From: a virus
Taxonomy: Duplodnaviria; Caudoviricetes
Reading direction: 5' to 3' (one strand)
IMG/VR virus record: IMGVR_UViG_3300032247_000383
Coordinates: 1-26,422 of that record
DNA length: 26,422 bases
Of this stretch, positions 8,407 through 16,652 are shown in pieces. Position 1 is the first letter of the stretch. The number at the start of each line of letters is the position of its first letter. The position numbers were made by a program, and so were the translations under genes. The notes below the pieces were generated by a model that did no database searches, was not told the origin of the DNA, and saw only the letters and a list, made by a program, of their open reading frames with translations.

Positions 8407-9939
8407 ATGGCACTTGACTTTGGAATTCTTCAGCCCGCAAATATCAGCGGTCAGCTTCAAGCTGGCCAAGAGTCTGCCATGCGCAACCAGTTGGCCCAAC
8501 AGCAGTTGGCGTCAGGCCAAATGCAGCAGGAAAAAGCTGGTTTAGAAATGCAGCAGTTTAAGCGCAGGCAGTCTGCGTTGGATAAGTTTCTAAGCGAAGC
8601 TGAAAAAGGTGGCCATACAGGTGACCCCGAAGACGTCGCAAAAAATTTCTTTAATTTTGCGATCACAAGCGGTGACCCATCAGTTGTAATGGCCGCTCAA
8701 CAAGCGTTGATGGCAGCCAAAGAGCGCAAACAATATCTTTCTGAACGCACGCCGGGCGCCCCCGCGCCGGCAACTAATGCTCTTGCCATAACGTCGCGCC
8801 ATGAAAGCGTCCCACAACCTGCGCCCGCAGGTTCAGAAGATCGTTTGGGCGATTTCATCTCGCAGATTGAAGCAAAACAAAACGCGCCGATGCCTATGCC
8901 TGCGGTCACTGGTCGCCCGATTCAGCCTGAGATGGCGGTTGCGCCCAACGCGCTTGCGCCTGCCGCTGCTGCGCCAGTTAACGCATTGGCTGCGCCGGCA
9001 CCGGCGGCTGTTAATCCTGCGGCAGCCTTGCAAGCCAAAATTATTGATTTGCAAATGCGTTATCCAAGCGGTGTTGCAAAGCCTGAAATTGACATGCTTA
9101 CTAAACAGCTAAACGAAATGCAGAAGTTGCACGTTGTTGGCGATTCTTTGTTAAACGGAGCTGGGCAAGTGGTTGCCACAGTACCAAAGACAGCTACGCT
9201 ATCTGAGTTTGAAAGACTGCTGGAAAAATCTAATTTAACCCCAGATCAGCAAATACAAGCTAAACAAGCATGGATCGCCAAACACGTTACGCATCCGCCG
9301 GGCACAAACGTCAGCGTAAAACTTCCCCCGTTAGAGGGCGCTGAACAAAAAGGCAAAGGCGAATACAACATTAAAGCGTATGCGACTGTTGCTCAAAATG
9401 CTGATCTTGCGCGCAAATTGTTGCCCGCGTTAGACGTCACCCAATCAATTTTGGACAAAGGTTTTACTACCGGCTGGGGCAGCGAAACTGTAACTGGCGC
9501 CGCGCGTGTTCTTGGCGCGTTGGGTGTGGAAGGCGCAAAAAACTACGCTACAGATGCGCAAACATTTTTGGCCCAAGGTCGTCAAGCGTTGTTGCAACGT
9601 CAACTGGAACAAAAAGGTACGCAGTCCGAAGGTGATGCCGCCCGTATGGAGCAAACATTTGTTCAGTTGGGCAATACAGTAGACGCTAATAAGTTTTTAG
9701 TTGCGTCAGCCAAAGCGCAAGCTAAACAATCAATAGCGCAACAAAAATTCTTTGACAGTTGGTGGAATAAGAACAAGACATACGAAGGCGCAGAAACAGC
9801 ATGGGTAAATGGTGACGGGGGTAAATCTATTTTTGATTATCCAGAAATGAAAGCCTACGCGCCTAAAGGCGCGCCATCAGCGTCGTCATCTAGCGTTCGT
9901 AATCAAGCGGACGCAATTCTTCGTGGAGGTACACCGTAA
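8407..9939 (+). CDS. DNA ejection protein (gp20 position)
   Basis: 510 aa; Gln-rich N-terminus, Pro/Ala linker, 'KGTQSEGDA' motif; synteny. Confidence 0.7.
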   Translation: MALDFGILQPANISGQLQAGQESAMRNQLAQQQLASGQMQQEKAGLEMQQFKRRQSALDKFLSEAEKGGHTGDPEDVAKNFFNFAITSGDPSVVMAAQQALMAAKERKQYLSERTPGAPAPATNALAITSRHESVPQPAPAGSEDRLGDFISQIEAKQNAPMPMPAVTGRPIQPEMAVAPNALAPAAAAPVNALAAPAPAAVNPAAALQAKIIDLQMRYPSGVAKPEIDMLTKQLNEMQKLHVVGDSLLNGAGQVVATVPKTATLSEFERLLEKSNLTPDQQIQAKQAWIAKHVTHPPGTNVSVKLPPLEGAEQKGKGEYNIKAYATVAQNADLARKLLPALDVTQSILDKGFTTGWGSETVTGAARVLGALGVEGAKNYATDAQTFLAQGRQALLQRQLEQKGTQSEGDAARMEQTFVQLGNTVDANKFLVASAKAQAKQSIAQQKFFDSWWNKNKTYEGAETAWVNGDGGKSIFDYPEMKAYAPKGAPSASSSSVRNQADAILRGGTP

Positions 9940-12413
9940 TGGCAACTGCCGACGAATACGCTGCATGGATCGTTAAAAATCAATCGCTTAAAGGAACGGC
10001 TAATTTTGATACGGTTGCCCGCGCTTATCAAGAGGCCAAAGCCTCGGAAGCGCAAACGCCTGCGGAAATGATTCCTGGCCAGCGGATGTCCGCGCCCGCC
10101 GCAACTACATTGGCAGCTAAAGAAGCGCCGTCTATTTTAGGAACGCTGCTTACCCGTCCCTTAGACGTGCTGGAAGTGCCTTACGCCATGGGCCGTCAAG
10201 CTATTGCGGCGCCTTTTGCGGCTGCGGCTGAAGTTTATGGCGCAGCTACCAGTGGTAAATTTGGAACGCCAGAAGGTGTCCGTGCCGGTGAACAGACAGC
10301 GCAACGAGTTCAACAAGAAATGGGGTATCAACCCCGTTCTGAATTTGCCCAATATTATCTTCCTGAAATTGGCCGCGCTGCGGAAGCTACTGGTTTGCAA
10401 GGTGTACCTATTCCGCTTTTTGACGCTGCAACAAGAACTGCGGGGCCGGCGTTGCGCACAATACGCCAAAATGTGCAAAACGTGGTTAAATCGCCGCTGC
10501 CTTTGGGCGAGACTGTTGAACTGCAAGCCGCGCGGTTGGCAGAGCAACGAAGTAAAGAAAGTTGGCAACAAGCGCCAAAAATTGACGCAACTAGATTAGC
10601 CCAAAAATACAACATTGCGTTAAACCCTGCGGAATCAAACCCGACTGCGGCCAACAGATTAAAGTCTGCTGTTGCGTATAGCTCCGGTTTAGACGCGCGC
10701 TTGGCGGCGAATAATGAATTGCAATGGAACAACGCGGTTCGCAAAGATTTAGGGCTGCCCGATACAGGGCCAATGAGTGTGCTGGGCGAACCGGTATATG
10801 AAAAACTAAAAACGGCCAAAGACGTTACGCAACCGTATAAAGCAATCCGCGCTATACCAGAAATGCGAGCTACACCACAAATTGTGAATAGTTTAGATAA
10901 GCTGCAAGCTAAAACATTAGTCGGCGACACAACCGGTATAGCCATAAAATCAAATGAACAACTTGCGGCTATAAAAGACCAGATTCGCGCAGGCGTAACC
11001 GGCGATGTATTGATGGACAGCATCCAACAATTGCGTCAAGAAGCGTCTAGTATTTACGGCGCGCAAAAAGCAGGCAATCCAATTACGCCCGAGCAACGTC
11101 AAATAGCTGTCCGAAATATGGGTGTTGCCAATGCGTTAGAAGACATGATTGAAGCCAATCTTACAGCCCAAGCGCTTAAAGATTTTCAAAACGCGCGCGT
11201 TAAAATTGCCAAAATTAACGACCATGAGCTGGCCACCAATCCACTTACTGGTCAAGTAGACCCCCGCGTATACGCCGATTTGTTAAAAGAAGGCAAGCCT
11301 TTGTCTGGTGTGGCCAAAGATTTAGGCATAATTGCCGAGAACTCCCCATCAGTTTCGCAAATCAATGCTACCGGAGCGGCGCCAGTTGTCCCGTGGACTC
11401 GATCTAACCTGGCCGGTACGGCAGGTGCAGCAGCAGCCGCAATGACAGGCACAAGCCCAATCTTTGGTGGATTGATTGGGTCTACCGTTGGCCGGTTGGC
11501 CAGCGGCGTTGGCACCAAAGTTATGGTGACGCCAGAGTATCAGGCTGCTCACGCTATGCCTCGTGACTACCGTATTTATCCTACGACGCCCGCTGAAGTG
11601 CGCTATGGCCCCAACCAATTGGCGCCGTATCAGCCCGAAGTTGTCGGGCCATCGGCGGGCGGGCCTGCCAACAAATTGCGCATCATTGGCTACGACCAAG
11701 AAGGTCGGCCTATTTACAAAGCGGAAGAATTGCGCCCAGGATTTACAACGCCGCAACAAGCGCCGCCATTTGGCCCAACTGTGTTTGAGTCGCAGCGTGG
11801 GTTGCCCAATGAAGTGCCGCGTCAAATCTACGAAGCCCAAAAGCGCGCTGAACTGGCGCAAGGTTTTAAAGAAACTGCTGAACGCAAACCCGCTGCCGGT
11901 GAAGTCATTCTTGACTTTGATCCCATCACCGGGCGCTTTCGCGAAGCCAGCCAAGGCATCAAGGGCGCAACGCCTGAGACATTCCAGAAGTTGTCGGCGC
12001 TTGATGACGCGGCCAAAAAAGTCACCGAAGGCAAATTGTTCGACTTGACCGCAACCGAAAAGGTCGCATGGGACAAGGCCAAGGTTGACTTTGCTGAAGT
12101 GGCCCCAGGCTTTAAGTCGCTCACCGACAAAGCCATTGCCCAAAAAATGATGGATCGCAAGTGGATTGAGGAAACCGTTGCCAAGGCCCGCGAGAAGGCC
12201 GCGATGTTTGACGACATCTCCAAGCGCGTAGCAGGCGAGCAAGCCAAACGCGATGCGGCCATCAAACGTGATCAGATGCTTGACGTGCTGGCAGCGCTTG
12301 AAGAGCGTCTAAGCGCCCCACGCCCTGTGTCATCGGGCATCCAAGGCCCAAAGACCCGCGCCGCTAAACGTAACGCTCTGGCCCCTGACAACCAAAACAA
12401 ATTGGCCCCATGA
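9939..12413 (+). CDS. DNA ejection protein (gp16 position)
   Basis: 824 aa Ala-rich helical protein with a Gly/Ala hydrophobic stretch ('AGTAGAAAAAMTG..IFGGLIG'); last gene of the virion module. Confidence 0.7.
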   Translation: MATADEYAAWIVKNQSLKGTANFDTVARAYQEAKASEAQTPAEMIPGQRMSAPAATTLAAKEAPSILGTLLTRPLDVLEVPYAMGRQAIAAPFAAAAEVYGAATSGKFGTPEGVRAGEQTAQRVQQEMGYQPRSEFAQYYLPEIGRAAEATGLQGVPIPLFDAATRTAGPALRTIRQNVQNVVKSPLPLGETVELQAARLAEQRSKESWQQAPKIDATRLAQKYNIALNPAESNPTAANRLKSAVAYSSGLDARLAANNELQWNNAVRKDLGLPDTGPMSVLGEPVYEKLKTAKDVTQPYKAIRAIPEMRATPQIVNSLDKLQAKTLVGDTTGIAIKSNEQLAAIKDQIRAGVTGDVLMDSIQQLRQEASSIYGAQKAGNPITPEQRQIAVRNMGVANALEDMIEANLTAQALKDFQNARVKIAKINDHELATNPLTGQVDPRVYADLLKEGKPLSGVAKDLGIIAENSPSVSQINATGAAPVVPWTRSNLAGTAGAAAAAMTGTSPIFGGLIGSTVGRLASGVGTKVMVTPEYQAAHAMPRDYRIYPTTPAEVRYGPNQLAPYQPEVVGPSAGGPANKLRIIGYDQEGRPIYKAEELRPGFTTPQQAPPFGPTVFESQRGLPNEVPRQIYEAQKRAELAQGFKETAERKPAAGEVILDFDPITGRFREASQGIKGATPETFQKLSALDDAAKKVTEGKLFDLTATEKVAWDKAKVDFAEVAPGFKSLTDKAIAQKMMDRKWIEETVAKAREKAAMFDDISKRVAGEQAKRDAAIKRDQMLDVLAALEERLSAPRPVSSGIQGPKTRAAKRNALAPDNQNKLAP

Positions 12414-12835
12414 CCACTTATCTAGCTTTTCGCACATCCAATAGCCCAGGTGTAGCTGGCTTGTTTAGCCGTTACACCCGATGGCGCTTGCACACTCAGT
12501 TCCCCCATTGCGGAATTGTTGTTGGTGATTTGTTGTTCCACAGCACTATGAGTTCTGGCGTTCATAGTGTTAAATTTGAAAATAATGGTGAATGGGTTTT
12601 GTTTCCAACAAAAATTAGTTGTGAAAAAGTGTTAGAGCGATTTGAATTTGTAAAAGGAACGCATTATGATTGGCGTGGTCTTTTGGCCTTTATCGTTCCT
12701 CTTAGAACTGATACTGGTAAATGGTTATTTTGTTATGAGTTGGCCCACTTGCTTTTGAAAGGTAAATTCCCGACAGAGTTGGTGACACCAGAAACTTTAC
12801 TTTGTGAGATTTTTTATGCTGAAGGTAGACGCTGA
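12410..12835 (+). CDS. Permuted papain-like (NlpC/P60, YiiX-like) peptidase
   Basis: His motif 'FPHCGIVVG' precedes 'G.HYDW.GLL' and the Cys motif 'WLFCYEL', the circularly permuted order. Confidence 0.72.
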   Translation: MTTYLAFRTSNSPGVAGLFSRYTRWRLHTQFPHCGIVVGDLLFHSTMSSGVHSVKFENNGEWVLFPTKISCEKVLERFEFVKGTHYDWRGLLAFIVPLRTDTGKWLFCYELAHLLLKGKFPTELVTPETLLCEIFYAEGRR

Positions 12836-13112
12836 AATGGGGCCGTGGTCATGGTTTGTTGAGAAAATTTTGCCTGGGTTGTTTTTGGCAATCAGTGCTT
12901 CAGTGACAAGCGCGGCTTTTATGATTTATCAAAGCGTGGCAGAATTGACCAACACAGTTAAACGACACGACCGAGAAATTGAATTATTGCGGGTTGAGAT
13001 AAAAGCCGCAGTGACGCAGCAGCAATTGCTTGAAACGCTAAAACGGGTTGAGCAACAACTCCAGATTGTTTTGTTGCAATCTGGCATCAAAACCAAAGTG
13101 GAGATCAAATAA
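12816..13112 (+). CDS. Single-pass membrane protein with coiled coil (lysis-cassette associated)
   Basis: Hydrophobic 'ILPGLFLAISASVTSAAFMIY' then heptad-like C-terminus; start uncertain (12804, 12816 or 12837). Confidence 0.6.
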   Translation: MLKVDAEMGPWSWFVEKILPGLFLAISASVTSAAFMIYQSVAELTNTVKRHDREIELLRVEIKAAVTQQQLLETLKRVEQQLQIVLLQSGIKTKVEIK

Positions 13113-13279
13113 TGAAATCATATCTTTTAGCGCGTCTGTATGAGGCCTCTACCTGGCGCGGCATCACCTTGCTGCTGACTGCGCTAGGTGTCCCACTTGC
13201 CCCTGGCGTAGCTGATCTGATCATCTCCGCTGGTTTGGCTGTTACCGGTTTGATCGGCGCACTGACCCCAGATCAATGA
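13112..13279 (+). CDS. Small two-TM holin (not in ORF track)
   Basis: Hand translation MKSYLLARLYEASTWRGITLLLTALGVPLAPGVADLIISAGLAVTGLIGALTPDQ (55 aa); TAATG and ATGA overlaps with both neighbours; GGAG RBS; directly before the endolysin. Confidence 0.78.
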   Translation: MKSYLLARLYEASTWRGITLLLTALGVPLAPGVADLIISAGLAVTGLIGALTPDQ

Positions 13280-13617
13280 GTTTGTCGCAAGAACAAGCAG
13301 CGTTTTTGCTTGACGCTTGCAAGTTGATTGAATACGCCACTTCGTCTGGCTGGACAGTGACGGGTGGCGAGTTGTTTCGGACTGCCGAACAGCAAGAAAT
13401 CTATTTCAAGCAAGGCAAGTCAAAGACCATGCAAAGCAACCACCTGCGTCGCTTGGCCATTGACCTTAACTTTTTGAAAAACGGCCAGCCGGTGTGGGAC
13501 AAAGCCGCGCTTCAAAACGTGGGCAAGTTTTGGGAATCTTTGCACCCGCTCAACCGCTGGGGCGGCAACTTCAAGTCGTTGCCTGACGTGCCCCACTTTG
13601 AACGTAACGTTCAGTAG
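13276..13617 (+). CDS. Endolysin, peptidase M15 family (L-Ala-D-Glu endopeptidase-like)
   Basis: 'R..EQQ', 'SNHLRRLAIDL' (SxHxxxxAxD), 'RWGGNF', 'DVPHFE' Zn-peptidase motifs. Confidence 0.9.
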   Translation: MSLSQEQAAFLLDACKLIEYATSSGWTVTGGELFRTAEQQEIYFKQGKSKTMQSNHLRRLAIDLNFLKNGQPVWDKAALQNVGKFWESLHPLNRWGGNFKSLPDVPHFERNVQ

Positions 13618-13743
13618 AACACCAGTGACCAAAATCATTGCGCTGGCGCACAAAAGAAGGCCAATGATTCCAACGCCTTTAGGTTTTTTGTAGGGGCAAT
13701 TACGCCCCTCATTGCAGGTGTGGTCGCAACATTTAGTCTTCAT
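13420..13743 (-). CDS. Hypothetical protein, Cys-rich N-terminus plus TM helix
   Basis: 'CCDHTCNEGRNCP' then a hydrophobic helix; last gene of the leftward operon; 3' part overlaps the endolysin antisense. Confidence 0.5.
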   Translation of the reverse strand: MKTKCCDHTCNEGRNCPYKKPKGVGIIGLLLCASAMILVTGVLLNVTFKVGHVRQRLEVAAPAVERVQRFPKLAHVLKRGFVPHRLAVFQKVKVNGQATQVVALHGL

Positions 13744-13837
13744 TGAGCGCCATCCAGACCATCAAGCAAACTGCGCCGATGCCCACTGCAACGCCCAAGA
13801 ACCCAACGGCAAACACGGCAAGTATGGTTTCAACCAT
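13733..13837 (-). CDS. Small membrane peptide (not in ORF track)
   Basis: MVETILAVFAVGFLGVAVGIGAVCLMVWMALNED (34 aa); GGAG RBS; overlaps both neighbours. Confidence 0.6.
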   Translation of the reverse strand: MVETILAVFAVGFLGVAVGIGAVCLMVWMALNED

Positions 13838-14237
13838 TTTTCTTCTCCAGTTCTTTCCACGCCTCTTCTTCGGCGTCGTCAATTTGTTTCTTGCGCCAGC
13901 CAATCAAAGGCTCTGTGCGCTGTGGTGGGGTGGCTCTTACCATGTGCTTTAGCCAATCAGCCTGAAACCACTCATCTTGCCCGTTAATCCTGACGAATAA
14001 GTCTGTGTGATGTGCGTGTTTAAGACGATCAATCAAGCGTTGAATGGAATCCACTTGAAGTGAGTTAATGTTTTTGTCAGTCAACAGCCACGCCACAGGC
14101 TCTTGCTCTGGCTGTGCCAATCGTTCTTTGAGTGCGGTGATGGCTTGGTCTTGCTGAACATACCATGCTCCACAGCAAACAAGGTATTTGCTTTCCAGCG
14201 CATCAAGCGCCAGCTTCATTGCTTCTTTGTCAGACAT
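13830..14237 (-). CDS. Hypothetical modular phage protein
   Basis: 'EAMKLALDALE', 'LAQPEQEPVAW', 'TPPQRT' blocks; packed in the operon. Confidence 0.75.
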   Translation of the reverse strand: MSDKEAMKLALDALESKYLVCCGAWYVQQDQAITALKERLAQPEQEPVAWLLTDKNINSLQVDSIQRLIDRLKHAHHTDLFVRINGQDEWFQADWLKHMVRATPPQRTEPLIGWRKKQIDDAEEEAWKELEKKNG

Positions 14238-14410
14238 GCTTGTCCCCTTGCTCTGATAACTTTCATAACCCTAATCGCATCGTCATCGCTTAATCCTCGG
14301 TCATCATTGACTACTTGGGCACAGGCATCACGTTCGGCTAGGACTGCTTCGTCAATCATCCTCGCCATCATTTCAAAAATGTCAGAAACAAATTCTTCTG
14401 GCTTAATCAT
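14216..14410 (-). CDS. Hypothetical phage protein
   Basis: 'AERDACAQV...IRARGQ' motif; GGAGG RBS. Confidence 0.7.
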   Translation of the reverse strand: MIKPEEFVSDIFEMMARMIDEAVLAERDACAQVVNDDRGLSDDDAIRVMKVIRARGQACLTKKQ

Positions 14411-14556
14411 TTCAACACCTCCCTATATGCGTTAATCGCGGTTTTCAAATCGTTTTGCAACTGCTGGATGCGGTCGTCTTGCTCTTGCATCTTGGCGTAA
14501 GCCTCTACGGCAAACTTGGCCAGGTTCTCCTGACTCCATGTGTCAAATGCTGGCAT
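14407..14556 (-). CDS. Small coiled-coil protein (not in ORF track)
   Basis: MPAFDTWSQENLAKFAVEAYAKMQEQDDRIQQLQNDLKTAINAYREVLK (49 aa); AAGGAG RBS; ATGA overlap. Confidence 0.75.
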   Translation of the reverse strand: MPAFDTWSQENLAKFAVEAYAKMQEQDDRIQQLQNDLKTAINAYREVLK

Positions 14557-14701
14557 TGCGTTGCTCCTTCAAACTTTTGGAAAGCTGCTGGCGCAGCCAC
14601 GCAATGCCGCCCAAGCGCTTCCACTCGGCGTAATGCGCCGGGATCAACCGGGCGCTGACTGTGATGGCCACAGACGTCATCTCACTCTTCGGTCTGGGCA
14701 T
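14543..14701 (-). CDS. Small basic putative DNA-binding protein (not in ORF track)
   Basis: MPRPKSEMTSVAITVSARLIPAHYAEWKRLGGIAWLRQQLSKSLKEQRNASI (52 aa); ribbon-helix-helix-like pattern; GAGG RBS. Confidence 0.65.
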   Translation of the reverse strand: MPRPKSEMTSVAITVSARLIPAHYAEWKRLGGIAWLRQQLSKSLKEQRNASI

Positions 14702-14704
14702 GGC

Positions 14705-14899
14705 TCACCTCACCCGCCGCAAGGGCTCAATCACCTTCTCAGGTGGTGGCGGGGGCAGCCCCGCGCTGGGTGCAGTCCAGCCCTGCTTGCGCCAGGTCGC
14801 TTGCACGTCTGAGCCTCGGCTGGGTTTGAATTTAGCGTTTGTCACTAAAAGACTTGGCATCACAATTTTGGTGCCGGGTGGTGGTGTCCAATGGTTCAT
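14705..14899 (-). CDS. Hypothetical protein
   Basis: 64 aa; AGGAGG RBS; ATGA overlap with the upstream gene. Confidence 0.7.
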   Translation of the reverse strand: MNHWTPPPGTKIVMPSLLVTNAKFKPSRGSDVQATWRKQGWTAPSAGLPPPPPEKVIEPLRRVR

Positions 14900-15087
14900 G
14901 GTCGTCTTGCCTCCTGTAGGATTTCAATCCGCTCGCGGGATGCCCGCAAGGCCGTGTAGCGCTGGTGCAGTCGCTCCAGCACAGACACTCTTTTGGCTGA
15001 CCGTCGTTCGGCCAACAGCATCTCAAGCACCTTGGCTTCGTCCAAGGTCTTGAGTTCAGCGTTTAGTTTTCGCCAAGTAATTTCCAA
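14896..15087 (-). CDS. Hypothetical helical protein
   Basis: 63 aa 'LERLHQRYTALRASRER'; TTG start with GGAG RBS. Confidence 0.7.
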   Translation of the reverse strand: MEITWRKLNAELKTLDEAKVLEMLLAERRSAKRVSVLERLHQRYTALRASRERIEILQEARRP

Positions 15088-15223
15088 TTTTTGTCTCCAG
15101 TTTAGCTATCAAGTCAATCGTGTGCTATAACGTCCGCGCAGCAGCGTTGGCGTCTTTGCGGTGAATTTTCAGTATGGATCGCGCCGCTTTAAGTTGCGCT
15201 TTCCACAGATCTAGTCTGGTCAT
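15056..15223 (-). pseudogene. Coiled-coil gene interrupted by an in-frame TAG at 15125-15127
   Basis: MTRLDLWKAQLKAARSILKIHRKDANAAARTL*HTIDLIAKLETKIGNYLAKTKR; the frame stays open and amphipathic after the TAG and then overlaps the next gene. Confidence 0.45.
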
Positions 15224-15330
15224 GCTTGTCCCACTCCGTATCCAATAAAGTAAAAAATCACTGCTACCACAACCGGATGTTTTAAGCAGCGGCCTGAAAA
15301 CCACCAATCAATAAATTTGTTCACGTTCAT
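15220..15330 (-). CDS. Small membrane peptide (not in ORF track)
   Basis: MNVNKFIDWWFSGRCLKHPVVVAVIFYFIGYGVGQA (36 aa); ATGA overlaps at both ends; GGAGG RBS. Confidence 0.7.
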   Translation of the reverse strand: MNVNKFIDWWFSGRCLKHPVVVAVIFYFIGYGVGQA

Positions 15331-16652
15331 TTAAGTTCCTCCATTGCAATATCCGACACCGCCCGCTTATCATGCAAGGCGGCAAAAATTTTCTCGTCAA
15401 CCGTTTTGTTGGTCAGCATCACGTAACACCACACAGCGTGTGCTTGGCCCGAGCGGTGCAAACGACCAATGGTCTGTTCGTACAACTCCAGACTCCACGG
15501 CAGGGACAGAAACACCATGTGACACCCACCAAACTGGAGGTTGAGGCCGTGCCCGGCGGACTTTGGATGGACGGCCAGTAGCCTGACTTGTCCAGCATTC
15601 CATCGCTCGATGGCTCGGTCATCGTCAAGAGTCGTGGGGTTGAACCGGCGCTTGAGCTCGGCGAGCTCTTCTTGGTACTGGTAAACAATGATGGTATTTG
15701 CGTGTTGGTTCTCATCTAGCAACTCCTCCAAGCGATCAAATTTGTGCGGGCTAAACCACACCGGCGTCTGTGTGACAATGAACTTGCCAGGTGTTTCGGA
15801 GGCTTGCTTTCGTGTGTCGTAAACGAACCCGCTGGCCATTTGTTGCAGCTTGCCGGTCACCACGCCCGCATTTATCGCAGTGACGTCCAGCGCTTGAAAG
15901 TCCTTCTTCATCTTTTCGTAAGGCTTGCGGTCGAGCAAGTCGCAACGCACCTCGACAACGTGCAGCGGGGGCAGCTTGTCCTTGTACTCGCCTGGCTCCA
16001 ACACGAACGTCGCCGGCTTGATCTTGTCCATGACCTTGGCCAGTGACCCAACCCGTGGTGCCCACTCACCAAACTCCTTGTTGATCAGCACAAAATACTG
16101 CTGCATGAACGCGCCTTTGGCGCGGCCCAGTAGCGTCTGGTCAACGATCTTGCACTGGCCGAAGACGTCCTCCAGGCCGTTGCTGGTGAACGACCCGGTT
16201 AAGCCCCAGCGGATGGGTACGTCTTTGATGATCTTGTCAAACGCTTTGAAGCGCGCGCCTGATGGGTTCTTGAGTTTGGTTAGCTCGTCAAACACCAAGC
16301 CGTCCACTGGCGCGCATTCGCACACATCAGCCAGCCATTGCAGGTTGTCGTAGTTAAGCACAATGACATTGGCCCCGCTGTTAAACGCCTCGCTGCGCTG
16401 TTTGGGCGTGCCCACCGCAATGGCCAGCTTCAAGTGTTTGCTCCACTTGGCGGCTTCAACCGGCCACACGTCGGTGCAGACGCGCTTGGGTGCCACCACC
16501 AACCAGCGCTTGACGTGGCCGTCTTTGATCATGGCGTCCATGGCTGTGAGCGTGATGGCCGTCTTGCCCGCACCGACCGGGGCCAGCACCATGGCGCGGT
16601 CGTGCTCGTACAAAAAGTCAGCGGCCTGCTCTTGGTAGGGGCGCAGCGTCAT
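15327..16652 (-). CDS. SNF2-like superfamily 2 helicase
   Basis: 'LRPYQ', Walker A 'GAGKT', 'VFDELT', 'GLTGS', 'SAGHGLNLQ', 'QTIGRLHRSGQ'. Confidence 0.93.
   Translation of the reverse strand: MTLRPYQEQAADFLYEHDRAMVLAPVGAGKTAITLTAMDAMIKDGHVKRWLVVAPKRVCTDVWPVEAAKWSKHLKLAIAVGTPKQRSEAFNSGANVIVLNYDNLQWLADVCECAPVDGLVFDELTKLKNPSGARFKAFDKIIKDVPIRWGLTGSFTSNGLEDVFGQCKIVDQTLLGRAKGAFMQQYFVLINKEFGEWAPRVGSLAKVMDKIKPATFVLEPGEYKDKLPPLHVVEVRCDLLDRKPYEKMKKDFQALDVTAINAGVVTGKLQQMASGFVYDTRKQASETPGKFIVTQTPVWFSPHKFDRLEELLDENQHANTIIVYQYQEELAELKRRFNPTTLDDDRAIERWNAGQVRLLAVHPKSAGHGLNLQFGGCHMVFLSLPWSLELYEQTIGRLHRSGQAHAVWCYVMLTNKTVDEKIFAALHDKRAVSDIAMEELK

Noticed and set aside
11349-12242. 297-aa antisense ORF, and similar ones at 1040-1603, 3802-4446, 10355-11023 and 21386-22033
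   Set aside because: Shadow ORFs opposite well-supported genes; expected from codon bias, with no RBS or motifs.
6157-15127. Genome-wide TAG recoding as an explanation for the amber codon at 15125
   Set aside because: TAG ends the gp10-like gene (6159) and the endolysin (13617) at sensible positions, long genes are not fragmented, and no suppressor tRNA is visible.
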